Origin: Opitutales bacterium
Lineage (GTDB): Bacteria; Verrucomicrobiota; Verrucomicrobiia; Opitutales; UBA953
NCBI GenBank assembly: GCA_044350605.1
Contig: JBILHF010000003.1
Location: 3,401-67,400, forward strand
Length of the DNA: 64,000 nucleotides
Direction of reading: 5' to 3'
The notes beneath the pieces were generated by a model. It did not search any database. It was not told the origin of the DNA and was given only the letters and a program-made list of their open reading frames with translations. Each line of letters starts with the position of its first letter. Positions within the stretch are counted from its first letter, which is position 1. Shown piece by piece: positions 43,784-56,519 of this stretch. The position numbers and the translations under genes were made by a program.

Positions 43784-45748
43784 ATGACGGATACCAGTCC
43801 TTTGATGTCCAACCGCATCCACCAGAACGGTTTTGTGACCGTGGCGGCCGCCTCGCCGGCCCTCCGTCTGGGGGACCCTGCGGCTAATGCCGCCCTGATC
43901 ATCCAAGCTCTGGAAAAAGCCGCCCAGGAAGGGGTGGAAATCGTCGTCCTGCCCGAACTTTGCCTGACCGGCTACAGCTGCGGCGACCTATTCGGCCAGC
44001 GGACCCTCCTCAACGGCGCCCTGAAGGCCCTCGGACAGGTTTGCGAGGCCACCGCCAAGCTTGGCCTCACCGCCCTCGTCGGAACCCCTCTGGAGGTCAA
44101 CGGACGTCTCTTCAACGTGGCCGTGGCGCTCTCCCGGGGCAAGGTCCTCGGGGTCGTCCCGAAGACCCACCTCCCGAACACCGGGGAGTTCTACGAACAG
44201 CGCTGGTTCGCCTCCGCCCGGGTCGCCCCGGTCGCCGAGGTCGAACTCTTCGGCCAGAAGGTCCCCTTCGGCACCGACATCCTTTTCCAGGCGACCGACA
44301 TGCCGGACTGCGTGCTCGGCATCGAGATCTGCGAAGACCTCTGGGCCGTCGAGCCCCCGAGCGGCCCGCAGGCCCTCGCCGGCGCCACCCTGCTCTGCAA
44401 CCTTTCGGCCAGCGACGAGCTCCTCACCAAGGCGGCCTACCGTCGCGACCTCGTGAAGGCCCAGTCCGCCCGCTGCCTGGCCGCCTATGTCTACGCCGCC
44501 GCCGGCGCCGGCGAATCGAGCACCGACATCGTCTACAGCGGCCACGGGCTCATCGCCGAGAACGGCGTCGTCCTCGGCGAATCCGAGCGCTTCCGCTTCG
44601 ACCTCGCCCTGATCGTCTCGCAGATCGACCTCGACCGCCTCGCAGCCGAACGCCGTCGCAACAGCACCTTCTTCGGTGCGCCGGTGGCCGTCCGCCCGCG
44701 CGTCATCGGCTTCACCCTCGGCGTGCCGACCGGCCAGACCCCGAAGCTGCGCCGCCGCTTCAGCCAGCATCCGTTCGTGCCGTCGGACCCGCACCGTCGC
44801 GACGAGAACTGTCAGGAGATCTTCGCGATCCAGTCCACGGGCCTCGCCCGACGTATCCGCCACACGGGCCTCAAGCACGTCGTCATCGGCGTCTCGGGCG
44901 GACTCGACTCCACCCTCGCCCTGCTCGTCACGCTCGAGGCGTTCAATCGTCTCGGCCTCGACCGCAAGGGCATCATCGGCCTCACCCTCCCCGGCCCCGG
45001 CACGTCGGCCCGCACGCGCGTCAACGCGATGCGCCTGATGGAGACGCTCGGCATCACCGCCCGCGAGATCCCGATCAACGAAGCGGTCGAACGCCACCTG
45101 CGCGACATCCAGCATCCGGCCGGCAAGCACGACGTCACCTTCGAGAACGCCCAGGCCCGCGAACGCACGCAGATCCTGATGGACGTCGCCAACCAGAGCC
45201 ACGGCTTCGTCGTCGGCACGGGCGACCTTTCCGAAGCCGCGCTCGGCTGGTGCACGTTCAACGCCGACCACATGTCGATGTATCACGTGAACATCGGCGT
45301 GCCGAAGACCTTGGTGAAGCACCTCGTCGGCTGGGCGGCCCACGCCCGCCATGTCGGCACCGAACGCGCCATCCTCGAGGACATCGTGGCGACCCCGGTC
45401 AGCCCCGAACTGCTCCCGCCCGGCGACGACGGCGAAATCGCCCAGCAGACGGAGATGCTGGTCGGACCCTACGAGCTCCACGACTTCTTCCTGTATCACG
45501 TCATCCGTAACGGCTTCCGCCCCTCCAAGGTCCTCTGGATCGCCGAGCACGCGTTCGCCGGTAAATATGACCAGACGGAGATCCGCCACTGGCTGCGCTC
45601 CTTCCTGAACCGCTTCTTCAGCCAGCAGTTCAAGCGCTCCGTGATGCCCGACGGCCCCAAGGTGGGCTCGCTGGCCCTATCCCCCCGCGGCGATTGGCGC
45701 ATGCCTTCCGACGCCGAGGCGACGGCGTGGCTTGCCGAACTGGGCTAA
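43784..45748 (+). CDS. nadE: Glutamine-dependent NAD+ synthetase (CN-hydrolase plus NAD synthetase domains)
   Basis: The N-terminal nitrilase-like region reads VVLPELCLTGYSC.DLF...ICEDLW. The C-terminal region reads GVSGGLDSTL...GTGDLSE.ALGW.T. Confidence 0.9.
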   Translation: MTDTSPLMSNRIHQNGFVTVAAASPALRLGDPAANAALIIQALEKAAQEGVEIVVLPELCLTGYSCGDLFGQRTLLNGALKALGQVCEATAKLGLTALVGTPLEVNGRLFNVAVALSRGKVLGVVPKTHLPNTGEFYEQRWFASARVAPVAEVELFGQKVPFGTDILFQATDMPDCVLGIEICEDLWAVEPPSGPQALAGATLLCNLSASDELLTKAAYRRDLVKAQSARCLAAYVYAAAGAGESSTDIVYSGHGLIAENGVVLGESERFRFDLALIVSQIDLDRLAAERRRNSTFFGAPVAVRPRVIGFTLGVPTGQTPKLRRRFSQHPFVPSDPHRRDENCQEIFAIQSTGLARRIRHTGLKHVVIGVSGGLDSTLALLVTLEAFNRLGLDRKGIIGLTLPGPGTSARTRVNAMRLMETLGITAREIPINEAVERHLRDIQHPAGKHDVTFENAQARERTQILMDVANQSHGFVVGTGDLSEAALGWCTFNADHMSMYHVNIGVPKTLVKHLVGWAAHARHVGTERAILEDIVATPVSPELLPPGDDGEIAQQTEMLVGPYELHDFFLYHVIRNGFRPSKVLWIAEHAFAGKYDQTEIRHWLRSFLNRFFSQQFKRSVMPDGPKVGSLALSPRGDWRMPSDAEATAWLAELG

Positions 45749-45757
45749 CCCTGCTTG

Positions 45758-47233
45758 ATGGGAGGCGTGAGCCTTCCCGCCCAGACGCATCCCGCCGCCA
45801 CCCAGGCCCTCCTGGCGAAGCTGGGCGCGGAGGTCGTCCGGACCGACGAGCCGTCCTGCTTTGCGGCGTCATTCGACAACATGCGCCTGTCCTTCATGCC
45901 CGAGGCGGTCATCCGCCCGGCGACGGAGGACGACATCGGCGTCACGCTGAAGCTCGCCAATGCACATCGCGTACCCGTCACGGTCCGTGGCCGCGGCACC
46001 GGCACGACCGGCGCCTGTGCCCCGATCAAGGGCGGCTGGGTCATCCACCTCGACCACTGGGACCAGATCGAGATCGATCCGGTCTCCGCGATGGCGACGG
46101 TGCAGCCGGGCGCGATCACGGCGCACATCAACGACCGCGCCGCGCCGCACGGCCTCTTCTTCCCGCCCGACCCGTCATCGGTGAAGCACTGCAGCATCGG
46201 CGGCAATATCGCCACCAACGCCGGCGGCCTGCGCGCGGCCAAATACGGCGTCGTCCGCGACCACGTCTACGCCCTCGAGGGCTTCCTGCCCACCGGCGAG
46301 AAGGTCCGCTGGGGCGCCCCGCTCCGCAAATTCGTCAGCGGACTCAACCTGCGCGACCTGTGGATCGGCTCCGAAGGCACGCTCGGCGTGATCACCAAAG
46401 CGACGCTGAAGCTCTCTGCCCTACCCGCCGCCCGCCGGACGTTCCTGCTGGCCTTCAAGACCGATGAGGCCGCCCTCGAGGCCTCCATCGACCTGATCTC
46501 CCTGCGCGTGAATCCGTCGGTGCTCGAGTTCCTCGACGTCCAGACGGTCGCTGCCACCGAGAAGCGTCGAGGTAAGCGCGTCTTCACTGATGCGGAACTA
46601 GGCGGTTCCGCTGAGACGCACGCCGCGCTGCTGGTCGAAATCGACGGACATCCCGCCGCGCTCGCGGACGACGCAGCCAAGGTCGTCGCCTGGGCTAAAC
46701 GTCACGCGGTCGCCTTCCGTGCGCCGGAAGACCCCGCAGAAGCCGAAGGCCTCTGGGAACTCCGCCGTACCTGCTCTCAGGCGATGTTCGCCCTGGGTGA
46801 TGCCAAGTTGAACGAAGACGTGGTGGTGCCGATCCGCAGCTATGTCGCCCTGCTCCGCTTCACCCGCGAGATACGCGACCGCTTCGGTCTGGCGACCCCG
46901 ACCTTCGGCCACGCGGCCGACGGCAACTTCCACGTGCACATCATGTATGACCGGTTCAATCCGGAGCACTGCCGCAAGGCCGAACAGGCCATCCGCGAGG
47001 TGATGGAGAAGGTCGTCGAACTCGGCGGCGCGATCACGGGCGAGCACGGCATCGGCCTCGCGAAGTCGCCTTTCCTCCCCCTGCAGCACACGCCGGAAGA
47101 GATCGCCGCGATGCGCGCGATCAAGCAGGCCCTGGACCCGAACGGCATCCTCGCGCCCGGCCAGATCTTCGAACCCTTCAACGTCTGGGAGCATCGCCCG
47201 ATCAAGGTCACGCTGCCCTGGGACAAACACTGA
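45758..47233 (+). CDS. FAD-linked oxidase (GlcD / D-lactate dehydrogenase family)
   Basis: The product has a PCMH-type FAD-binding domain: PVTVRGRGTGTTGA...GGNIATNAGG.RA.KYG..RD...GEHGIGL.K. Confidence 0.85.
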   Translation: MGGVSLPAQTHPAATQALLAKLGAEVVRTDEPSCFAASFDNMRLSFMPEAVIRPATEDDIGVTLKLANAHRVPVTVRGRGTGTTGACAPIKGGWVIHLDHWDQIEIDPVSAMATVQPGAITAHINDRAAPHGLFFPPDPSSVKHCSIGGNIATNAGGLRAAKYGVVRDHVYALEGFLPTGEKVRWGAPLRKFVSGLNLRDLWIGSEGTLGVITKATLKLSALPAARRTFLLAFKTDEAALEASIDLISLRVNPSVLEFLDVQTVAATEKRRGKRVFTDAELGGSAETHAALLVEIDGHPAALADDAAKVVAWAKRHAVAFRAPEDPAEAEGLWELRRTCSQAMFALGDAKLNEDVVVPIRSYVALLRFTREIRDRFGLATPTFGHAADGNFHVHIMYDRFNPEHCRKAEQAIREVMEKVVELGGAITGEHGIGLAKSPFLPLQHTPEEIAAMRAIKQALDPNGILAPGQIFEPFNVWEHRPIKVTLPWDKH

Positions 47234-47236
47234 ACC

Positions 47237-47902
47237 ATGCCTCGCACTGTCGCCGTCTTCGATTGGGACGGAGTCGTCATCGACTCCTCCGTCGCCCATG
47301 AACGCTCCTGGGAGGCCTTGGCCAAGGAAGAGAATCTCCCCCTGCCCTCCGATCACTTCAAGCGCGGCTTCGGCAAGCGCAACGAGCTCATCATCCCGGA
47401 CATCCTCAACTGGACGCGTGATCCCGCCGAGGTGAAGCGCCTGTCCAACCGCAAGGAAGCGCTCTACCGCGACATCGCCCGCACGGGCCATGTCCATCTG
47501 CTACCCGGCGTCCGCGAACTCTGCGGCGCGCTGAAGGATCTCGGCATCCCGTGCGTCATCGGCACGTCGACGCACAAGGAGAACCTCGCGCTGTCCTTCG
47601 AGCTCTTCGGCATCGGCCATTTCTTCGCCGGCGCGGTCGCCAGCGAGGACGTCACCAAGGGCAAGCCCGACCCCGAAGTCTTCCTGAAGGCCTGCGCCCT
47701 CGGCGGCGGCGACCCGGCTACCTCTTTCGTCTTCGAGGATTCCTTATCGGGCCTCCAAGCCGGCCTGTCCGGCGGCTTCATCACGATCGCCCTCGCGACG
47801 ACCAACACCCGCGAGCAGCTGGCGCCCGTCGGCGCCCACCGCATCGTGAAGGATCTCTCCGAAGTCGACCCGCAGTGGCTCGCCCGCGGGCGCCTGGGCT
47901 GA
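47237..47902 (+). CDS. HAD-IA hydrolase (beta-phosphoglucomutase-like)
   Basis: The product contains VAVFDWDGVVIDS...GTST...KGKPDPEVFL...FEDS.SGLQAG. Confidence 0.8.
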   Translation: MPRTVAVFDWDGVVIDSSVAHERSWEALAKEENLPLPSDHFKRGFGKRNELIIPDILNWTRDPAEVKRLSNRKEALYRDIARTGHVHLLPGVRELCGALKDLGIPCVIGTSTHKENLALSFELFGIGHFFAGAVASEDVTKGKPDPEVFLKACALGGGDPATSFVFEDSLSGLQAGLSGGFITIALATTNTREQLAPVGAHRIVKDLSEVDPQWLARGRLG

Positions 47903-47903
47903 G

Positions 47904-49889
<1,986 letters not shown>

Positions 49890-51620
49890 TCAGCCGAAAC
49901 GGCGCGTCAGGTCGGCATCCGTCCACTCGACATAGGTCCGCCGGCCCCGCGGGCAGGTGCCGGGCTGGGCGGTGCGGAAGAGCGCTTGGACGAGCTCCAG
50001 GAGTTCGGCGTCCGACAGGCTGTCGCCCTTACGGCGGGCCTTGTTGACGGCGAGTTTGGCGAGGGCGTCGTAGGCCAGCGAGGGGCGGCCGAAGTCGCCT
50101 TCCCGGCGAGCCATCTCGGCCAGCAGGTCGCGGACGAAGGCAAGGGCCTGCTCCGGCTCAAGCCACGCGGGCAAGGCCTGGATGCGCCAGAAGTTGCGTC
50201 CGTATTCCTCGAAGTCGAAGCCGGCGGAAGCCAGCAAGGGCAGGCGCTCCTTGAGCACCGCGGCGGGCAGCGGTTCGAGTTCGATGCTCAAAGGCACGAG
50301 GAGCGGCTGGCTCACCGGCTTCTGCGCGGTGAACTGCGCCAGGATGGATTCGTAGAGCACGCGTTGGTGCGCGGCGCCGATATCAAGGATGGCCAGTCCA
50401 GTCGGGGTCTCGAAGACGGCCCGTTCTTCGCGTAGGCGCGAAAGGAGACGCCAGCCGAGACGGACCGACGGCGCGTGGGTCGGCGAGACCGGCGCAGGCG
50501 CCGAGGACGGCACGTAAGCCGGGGGCGTGGCTCCGGCGGAGACCGGCGCGCTGACGCTCGGGACGGCGGCGGTCAGCGGAGTCGCCGGCGTGATCGTCGG
50601 GACAGTCTCGGCCGGCAGGCCGTCGTCGGCCCGGGCGCGCAGGACCGCGAGGACTGACTCGATGAGGAAATTGCGGACCTTGGCTTCGTCGCGGAAACGC
50701 ACCTCACGCTTGGCGGGGTGGACGTTCACGTCGACCCACGCCGGATCCATTTCGAGGAAGACGAACGCCAGCGGGTAACGTCCCTTCGGGATCAGCGTGT
50801 GATAACTCTCCGTCAGCGCGAAGGCCATCGTGCGGCTGTCGACCGGACGACCGTTGACGACCGTGACGAGGTCCTGGCGCGTGCCGCGGCTGACGCCCGG
50901 CTTACCCAGCAGGCCGCTGAGACGCATGCCCGGTCGTTCGAAGAGCGGCATCAGCGTGACCTCCTCGGCCACCTGTCGGCCCCAGATCTCACGGACGCGG
51001 TCCAGCAAAGGCGCGTTACCCGGCGAGCGGAAGATCTCGCGGCCGTCTTCGCGCAGGAGGAAACCGACTTCCGGGTGGGCGATGGCGTAGAGACGGACGA
51101 GGCGGACGATGTGCGCGGCCTCGGTCTCGTCGGACTTCAGGAACTTCAGACGGGCCGGGACCGGATGGAAAAGATTCGACACCTCGATACGCGTGCCCGG
51201 CGCCATGCCATGGTCACGACGATGCACAAGCTTGCCGCCGTTGATCGCGATCTCCGTGCCCGAGGGCGCCGCGACCGGACGGGTCTGCATCGTGAAACGG
51301 GCCACGCTGGCGATGGAAGGCAAGGCTTCACCGCGGAAACCGAAGGTGGCGATACGGTCGAGATCGGAAGCCAGCTGGATCTTGCTGGTCGCGTGGCGTT
51401 CGAGGCTCAGGAGGGCTTCGTCGCCCGTCATACCCTTGCCGTCGTCCTCGACGATCATGCGGGCCTTGCCGCCGCGGGAGAAGTCCACCGTCACGCGGCG
51501 GGCGCCGGCGTCGAGGGAGTTCTCGAGCAGCTCCTTGATGACGGCGGCCGGGCGCTCCACCACCTCGCCGGCGGCGATCTGGTTGGCCACGGTCGGCTCA
51601 AGGATACGGATGGTCGACAT
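49890..51620 (-). CDS. mutL: DNA mismatch repair protein MutL
   Basis: The product contains IRILEPTVANQIAAGEVVERPAAVIKELLENSLDAG...DDGKGM...FGFRGEALPSIASV. Its stop abuts the uvrB stop with zero spacing. Confidence 0.95.
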   Translation of the reverse strand: MSTIRILEPTVANQIAAGEVVERPAAVIKELLENSLDAGARRVTVDFSRGGKARMIVEDDGKGMTGDEALLSLERHATSKIQLASDLDRIATFGFRGEALPSIASVARFTMQTRPVAAPSGTEIAINGGKLVHRRDHGMAPGTRIEVSNLFHPVPARLKFLKSDETEAAHIVRLVRLYAIAHPEVGFLLREDGREIFRSPGNAPLLDRVREIWGRQVAEEVTLMPLFERPGMRLSGLLGKPGVSRGTRQDLVTVVNGRPVDSRTMAFALTESYHTLIPKGRYPLAFVFLEMDPAWVDVNVHPAKREVRFRDEAKVRNFLIESVLAVLRARADDGLPAETVPTITPATPLTAAVPSVSAPVSAGATPPAYVPSSAPAPVSPTHAPSVRLGWRLLSRLREERAVFETPTGLAILDIGAAHQRVLYESILAQFTAQKPVSQPLLVPLSIELEPLPAAVLKERLPLLASAGFDFEEYGRNFWRIQALPAWLEPEQALAFVRDLLAEMARREGDFGRPSLAYDALAKLAVNKARRKGDSLSDAELLELVQALFRTAQPGTCPRGRRTYVEWTDADLTRRFG

Positions 51621-51786
51621 GGTCAGGCAGGCCCCGACGCGGACCGTCCGGAGGGACGGCCGAGGGCGCGACTGGGGCGGACGGAAGGCACCCGCAGACC
51701 TTTGCCCTTAGCCCCCTCCCCTGCAAGTCGAACGGCTCGGAAACGGTCTTTGTTGCGCCCGGCCCAAGGATGCCAACCTTGCTGAC

Positions 51787-53790
51787 GTGTCGAATCGCCT
51801 GGCCCACGAAAGCTCCCTCTACCTCCGCCAGCACGAGGCCAACCCCGTGCATTGGTGGCCTTGGTGCGCCGAGGCTTTCGCGGAAGCCAAAGCCAAGAAC
51901 AAGCCCGTCCTGGTGTCCGTCGGCTACTCGTCCTGTCATTGGTGCCACGTCATGGCCCGCGAATCGTTCGAACAGCCCTGGGTGGCCGACCTGATGAACC
52001 AGCATTTCGTATGCATCAAGGTCGACCGCGAAGAGCGCCCAGAAGTCGATAAGCTGATGATGGACGCCGTGCAGATGATCCAAGGCCACGGCGGCTGGCC
52101 GCTTAACTGCTTCTGCCTCCCCGACGGCCGCCCGTTCTTCGGCGGCACTTACTTCCCGCCCGAGGATCGCGGTCACGGCCAGGTCCCTTGGCCGCAGCTG
52201 CTGATGCGCGTCTCGGATTTCTATCACCGCAACAAGTCCGAGCTCGCCGCGAACGCCGACGCCATCGCGCAGAACCTGACGCACCTGACCCGCGCTCCGG
52301 ATGCGGACGGCAGCGCGCCTTCGCCGGACGACCTCGTCGCGGCCGCCCACCGCATCTGCGAACAACATGACGATACCTTCGGCGGCTTCGGCGCCGCGCC
52401 GAAGTTCCCCGCCCCGCACACGCTTAACCTGCTGCTCGGCCTGCGCGGCGCGGCCGCGGTCGAAGCGGACCGCGCCCTTGCGACGCGCATCGACGCCGTC
52501 CTGACCATCACGCTCGGCGCCATGGCCCGCGGCGGCCTCTTCGATCAGGTCGGCGGCGGCTTCCATCGGTACTGCGTGGACCGCGACTGGACGGTGCCGC
52601 ACTTCGAGAAGATGCTCTACGACAACGCCCAGCTGCTCGGCACCTACGCCGAAGCCTGGGCCCGTTACCGCGACCCGCTCTACGTCGATATCTGCGAAGA
52701 GACCGTCGGCTGGCTCCTGCGCGAGATGCGTACCGCCAACGGCCTGTTCGCCGCCTCGCTGGACGCCGACACGAATCACCATGAAGGCACGACCTACGTG
52801 TGGACGGCCCCGGAAGTGGCCGCTGCGCTGGGGGACGAAGCCTTCGCGTTCGCGCAGGCCTATGGCCTTTCGGACAAGGGTAACTTCGAGGGTAAAAATA
52901 TCCCTAAACTCAAGGGCGACCACGCTGCGCGTAAACGCTTCGCCCCGGCCCGCGCTAAGCTCCTCGCGCTGCGCGACCAGCGCCCGCAGCCCTCGCGCGA
53001 CGATAAGAATCTCCTCAGCTGGAACGCCCTGCTCGTCGGCAACCTCGCCAAGGCCGGCTGGATCCTCGGCCGTAAGGATTGGATCGAGCTAGCCTTGGAG
53101 ACCGAAGCCTTGCTCTGGACGCGTTTCGCCCGCGAAGACGGTGCTCGGCTGCTCTCGGTCGCACATGGCGACAAGACCACCCTCGACGGCAACCTCAGCG
53201 ACTTCGCCTGGCTCGCCGAAGCCGAGCTCGCCCTCGCCGCCTACGCGCCTTGGGCGCGACCCGGCAAGACGCACCCTTACGCCGTGCGCGCCGAACGCCT
53301 CCTAGGCTCCGCGCTGGAACGCTTCGGCGATCCGCACGCCGTCGGCGCCTTCGTCGTGCCGGCCGAACGCGACGACCTTTCCGTCCGCCAGAAGGACTGG
53401 TTCGACAACGCCGTCCCGGCCGGCAACTCCTCGCTCCTCCATGGCTTCGGCCAGATCCAGATGCTTTCCGCCGACCCGCGCTGGGCGCGCGAGTTCGCCG
53501 ATCTGAGCATGGCTTACGGCGGCCTCTGCAAGAACGTCCCGAACGGCGTCGCCCACGCCTTGGACGGCATCGCCCGCTTCGCGCTTGGTCATGCGACGGT
53601 GAAGTCCGCCGGCGGTTGGGACGAACTTCGCTCCGCCCTCAACGGTGACGATAAGACCGCGCCGCACGCCCGCCCTTACCGCCCCGCTTTCCTCGTCACG
53701 GAGCCCGCCACGGCCGGTTACGCCGTCTGCGTAGGTCAGACCTGCCTCGCGCCCGTCCCGACCGCCCAAGAGGCCGCCGCAAGCCTCTGA
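51787..53790 (+). CDS. Thioredoxin-domain protein, DUF255/YyaL (SSP411-like) family
   Basis: The product contains [48 protein letters not shown], followed by an (alpha/alpha)6-type C-terminal region. The start codon is GTG. Confidence 0.85.
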   Translation: MSNRLAHESSLYLRQHEANPVHWWPWCAEAFAEAKAKNKPVLVSVGYSSCHWCHVMARESFEQPWVADLMNQHFVCIKVDREERPEVDKLMMDAVQMIQGHGGWPLNCFCLPDGRPFFGGTYFPPEDRGHGQVPWPQLLMRVSDFYHRNKSELAANADAIAQNLTHLTRAPDADGSAPSPDDLVAAAHRICEQHDDTFGGFGAAPKFPAPHTLNLLLGLRGAAAVEADRALATRIDAVLTITLGAMARGGLFDQVGGGFHRYCVDRDWTVPHFEKMLYDNAQLLGTYAEAWARYRDPLYVDICEETVGWLLREMRTANGLFAASLDADTNHHEGTTYVWTAPEVAAALGDEAFAFAQAYGLSDKGNFEGKNIPKLKGDHAARKRFAPARAKLLALRDQRPQPSRDDKNLLSWNALLVGNLAKAGWILGRKDWIELALETEALLWTRFAREDGARLLSVAHGDKTTLDGNLSDFAWLAEAELALAAYAPWARPGKTHPYAVRAERLLGSALERFGDPHAVGAFVVPAERDDLSVRQKDWFDNAVPAGNSSLLHGFGQIQMLSADPRWAREFADLSMAYGGLCKNVPNGVAHALDGIARFALGHATVKSAGGWDELRSALNGDDKTAPHARPYRPAFLVTEPATAGYAVCVGQTCLAPVPTAQEAAASL

Positions 53791-53842
53791 CGGGCAATCC
53801 GCTCTTGCCCGCTCCCATGGGAGCGGGAACATCGGGTCAGGC

Positions 53843-55588
53843 ATGTCAGCCGACCCCCACTACGTCTACGGCCAAGGGCAGAGCTCGCGCTCGAGCTATC
53901 CTATCCTGCTGGGGACGGTGACCGTCGAAGTGGTGGGCTACAAAGAGCGCCGCTACCGCCCCAACTGGCGTCGGATCGGCCTGCTGTTCCCGGTCTTCCT
54001 GCTCCTGCTGTGGGTCGGGCTTTCCGAAGCGAACTACTTCAAGGAGCGCTTCATGAACGGCATCCCGACGACGCGCCGGGCCGACATGTATCTCTACCTG
54101 CCCGACACGGCGGCCAACTCGGTCGCGAACCTCTTCCTCGGCAAGGAGCAGGTTCGCCTGCGTGAGCGGGAGAAGCTGCTGACCGCGAAAGATTCCTACG
54201 GACGGTCGGCGCACCTCTACCGCAAAGGCGAATACTTCGTGAGCGTCGCGAAGGAGGCCCTCGCCCGCCAGGATTACGCCGAGTTCTCCCGCTACATCGG
54301 GACCGGCGCTCAGCTGAGCCCGGCCAACCTGGAAGCCCAGCGCCTCTGCGCCGATCTCTTCTTCGCGTTCCAGCGCCCGCTCGACGCCTACCAGCTGCTC
54401 GAAGAATCCCTCGTCTTCGCCAAGCAGGACCGCGAATACTTCCGCCAATACGTCCAGCGCTGCTTCATGCTGGACCAGGACGCCCGCCTCATCGCCACGG
54501 CCACGAAATACCTGGGCGACTCGGCGGTGGCCGAGGACATCCGCGCGGACCTCCGGCTGGCCGCCGCGCAGGCCCACTTCCTTCGCGGAGACTTCGCCGA
54601 TGCCGCCCGCCTGATCAAGGAACACCGTCTCGACCAGACCGCCGACGGCTACCTCCTCAACTGCCAGCTCCTCTGGGAAAGCGGCGACCGCACGGGTGCG
54701 CTCGCCGAACTCGATGCGGCGCTCGCCGTCTTCCCCGCCGGCGTCCGCCTGCTCGAGATGAAGGCCCGCTGGCTCAAGGAAAACGGTGAATTTTCCCGGG
54801 CCAAGGACACGCTGGACCTACTCGCCATCAGCCAGCCCGGCCGACCAGGCCCGCTCATCCAGTCGCTCTACCTGCTGCCCGGCGAAGAAGGTCGCGTGCG
54901 CCGGGAAGCGTTGACCGAGAAGATCATCGCGACGTTCGGCACCCAGGAGCAGCCGATGCTCGACCTCGCCCGCTTCGGTAATGACACGGCGGACGTCGCG
55001 CTCACCGCCCGGCTGGCGAAGCTCGCGCTCGAACGCAAGTTCGGCAATCGCGTGCGCTTCGACCTCGTCCACGTGGAATGCCTGCTCAACGCCGGCCGCG
55101 CGCGCGAGACGATCCTGCTTGTCGACGCGTTATATAAGCAGGCCGAGCGCGACCAATGGGTCGCCGAGACGCGCATGGCTTTCGACGCCCTGCGCACGAT
55201 CGCCTACTTCGCCGACGGCCAGACTGAGATCGGCTCCATCAACCTGCAGAAGCTCCTGCAGCACCGGAAGGTGCCGCCGCAGGTGCTGGTGGCCGCCAGC
55301 CGCAAACTGATCGCCGCGCGCCGCTACGACGAGGCCAACGAAGTGCTCATCCAGGCCCACCTGCAGAACGAGACCAACCAGGCCATCCTGATGCAGATCG
55401 TGCGACTGAAGCTCGACCATCCGCTGATCTCCGCCGACCTCGAGACCTACCTGCGCCGGCTGATGCTCAACCGCCGCCCTTCGCCGGAAGTCCTCCGGGC
55501 CGCCTTGCGACGACTCGGTTCGGACACCTACCTTTTCTCGGCTGACCGCGAGAAGCTGCTGCGCGACGTCGAAGCCAAGATCAAGTAG
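53843..55588 (+). CDS. Membrane-anchored helical-repeat (TPR-like) protein, hypothetical
   Basis: One TM helix (IGLLFPVFLLLLWVGL) is followed by ~500 aa of helical hairpin-like sequence. I recognise no family. The 3' end overlaps the converging apbE-like gene by 8 nt. Confidence 0.65.
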   Translation: MSADPHYVYGQGQSSRSSYPILLGTVTVEVVGYKERRYRPNWRRIGLLFPVFLLLLWVGLSEANYFKERFMNGIPTTRRADMYLYLPDTAANSVANLFLGKEQVRLREREKLLTAKDSYGRSAHLYRKGEYFVSVAKEALARQDYAEFSRYIGTGAQLSPANLEAQRLCADLFFAFQRPLDAYQLLEESLVFAKQDREYFRQYVQRCFMLDQDARLIATATKYLGDSAVAEDIRADLRLAAAQAHFLRGDFADAARLIKEHRLDQTADGYLLNCQLLWESGDRTGALAELDAALAVFPAGVRLLEMKARWLKENGEFSRAKDTLDLLAISQPGRPGPLIQSLYLLPGEEGRVRREALTEKIIATFGTQEQPMLDLARFGNDTADVALTARLAKLALERKFGNRVRFDLVHVECLLNAGRARETILLVDALYKQAERDQWVAETRMAFDALRTIAYFADGQTEIGSINLQKLLQHRKVPPQVLVAASRKLIAARRYDEANEVLIQAHLQNETNQAILMQIVRLKLDHPLISADLETYLRRLMLNRRPSPEVLRAALRRLGSDTYLFSADREKLLRDVEAKIK

Positions 55589-56516
55589 CCGCTTCTTCGG
55601 AGGAAGTCGGCTTGGCTTCGGGAGCCGGGCGTTCCGTCACTTCGAAATAGGTCACCGAACCGAGCTTCGTGCCGTCCGGCAGCCAGAGACCACGGCTGCA
55701 GCCACGGTTGACGAACTCTTCGGCCTCGGAGGCGTTGAGCACGCAGGCGGCCATGGCGAGCCCTTCGGCCTCAAGGGCGGAAGTCGCGATGGCTCGCACC
55801 GGACCCGGGAGCGATACCGGCTGGCCGGTGCGCGGGTCGACGAGGTTATTGCGGGCCGAGTCGGCCGTCTTGCTGGCCATCGCGAAACGGCAGAGTTTGA
55901 TCTCGGACTGCGCGCCGACGCCGATGCGCCAGCCGGCGGATTCACCGGGCGGATCGAGGGCGAGGGTCACGCTGCCCGAAGCCATCAGCAGGGCGCGGTG
56001 GATACCCCAGCTGCTCTCGAGCATATCGGCCATGCGGTCGAGCGCGTAACCGCGGACGATCGCGCCGAAGTCGACGGCGCAGCCGAACTTGTCGCAGTGC
56101 AGCTCGCAGCCCTCGAGACGGAACGCGCCTTCGCGATAGGCGTTCATGACCTGGGTCCAGGCGGCGTCGTCGGGATTGAATCCGAGGTCGCCACGCTTCT
56201 TCCAATAACTGAACTGGGCGCCGGCGGTGACGTCGAAGGCCTTGCCGGTCTCGGCGGCGACGTCCTTCGAGAAATTCCAGAGCGCCTGCACGTGCTCCGA
56301 GGCGGCGATCATCGCGCCCTCGGGCATATAGTTGATCGACGCGACCGGGCCGCTGTCATGACGGACGTCGGTCTGGAAATCCAGGTCGTCGAGCAGCTGG
56401 AACAAGGCCTCGGCGGCGTTGCGGGCGTAGACGCCGTCCTCCGCGGCGATGCGGACCCAGAAACGGGAGCCGAAGGCCTCGTGCGAGAAGTTGTGGATGA
56501 TGGGGGTGTCTTCCAT
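55581..56516 (-). CDS. apbE: ApbE-family FAD:protein FMN transferase-like protein with no signal peptide or lipobox
   Basis: HEAFGSRFWVRI...AFDVTAG...DFGAIVRGYALDRM...NLVDPRTGQP...AEGLAMA matches the ApbE pattern (H.AMGT, DLGGIAKGYA.D, IIDPRTG.P). The N-terminus MEDTPIIHNF is not secretory. Confidence 0.7.
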   Translation of the reverse strand: MEDTPIIHNFSHEAFGSRFWVRIAAEDGVYARNAAEALFQLLDDLDFQTDVRHDSGPVASINYMPEGAMIAASEHVQALWNFSKDVAAETGKAFDVTAGAQFSYWKKRGDLGFNPDDAAWTQVMNAYREGAFRLEGCELHCDKFGCAVDFGAIVRGYALDRMADMLESSWGIHRALLMASGSVTLALDPPGESAGWRIGVGAQSEIKLCRFAMASKTADSARNNLVDPRTGQPVSLPGPVRAIATSALEAEGLAMAACVLNASEAEEFVNRGCSRGLWLPDGTKLGSVTYFEVTERPAPEAKPTSSEEAAT

Positions 56517-56519
56517 GGC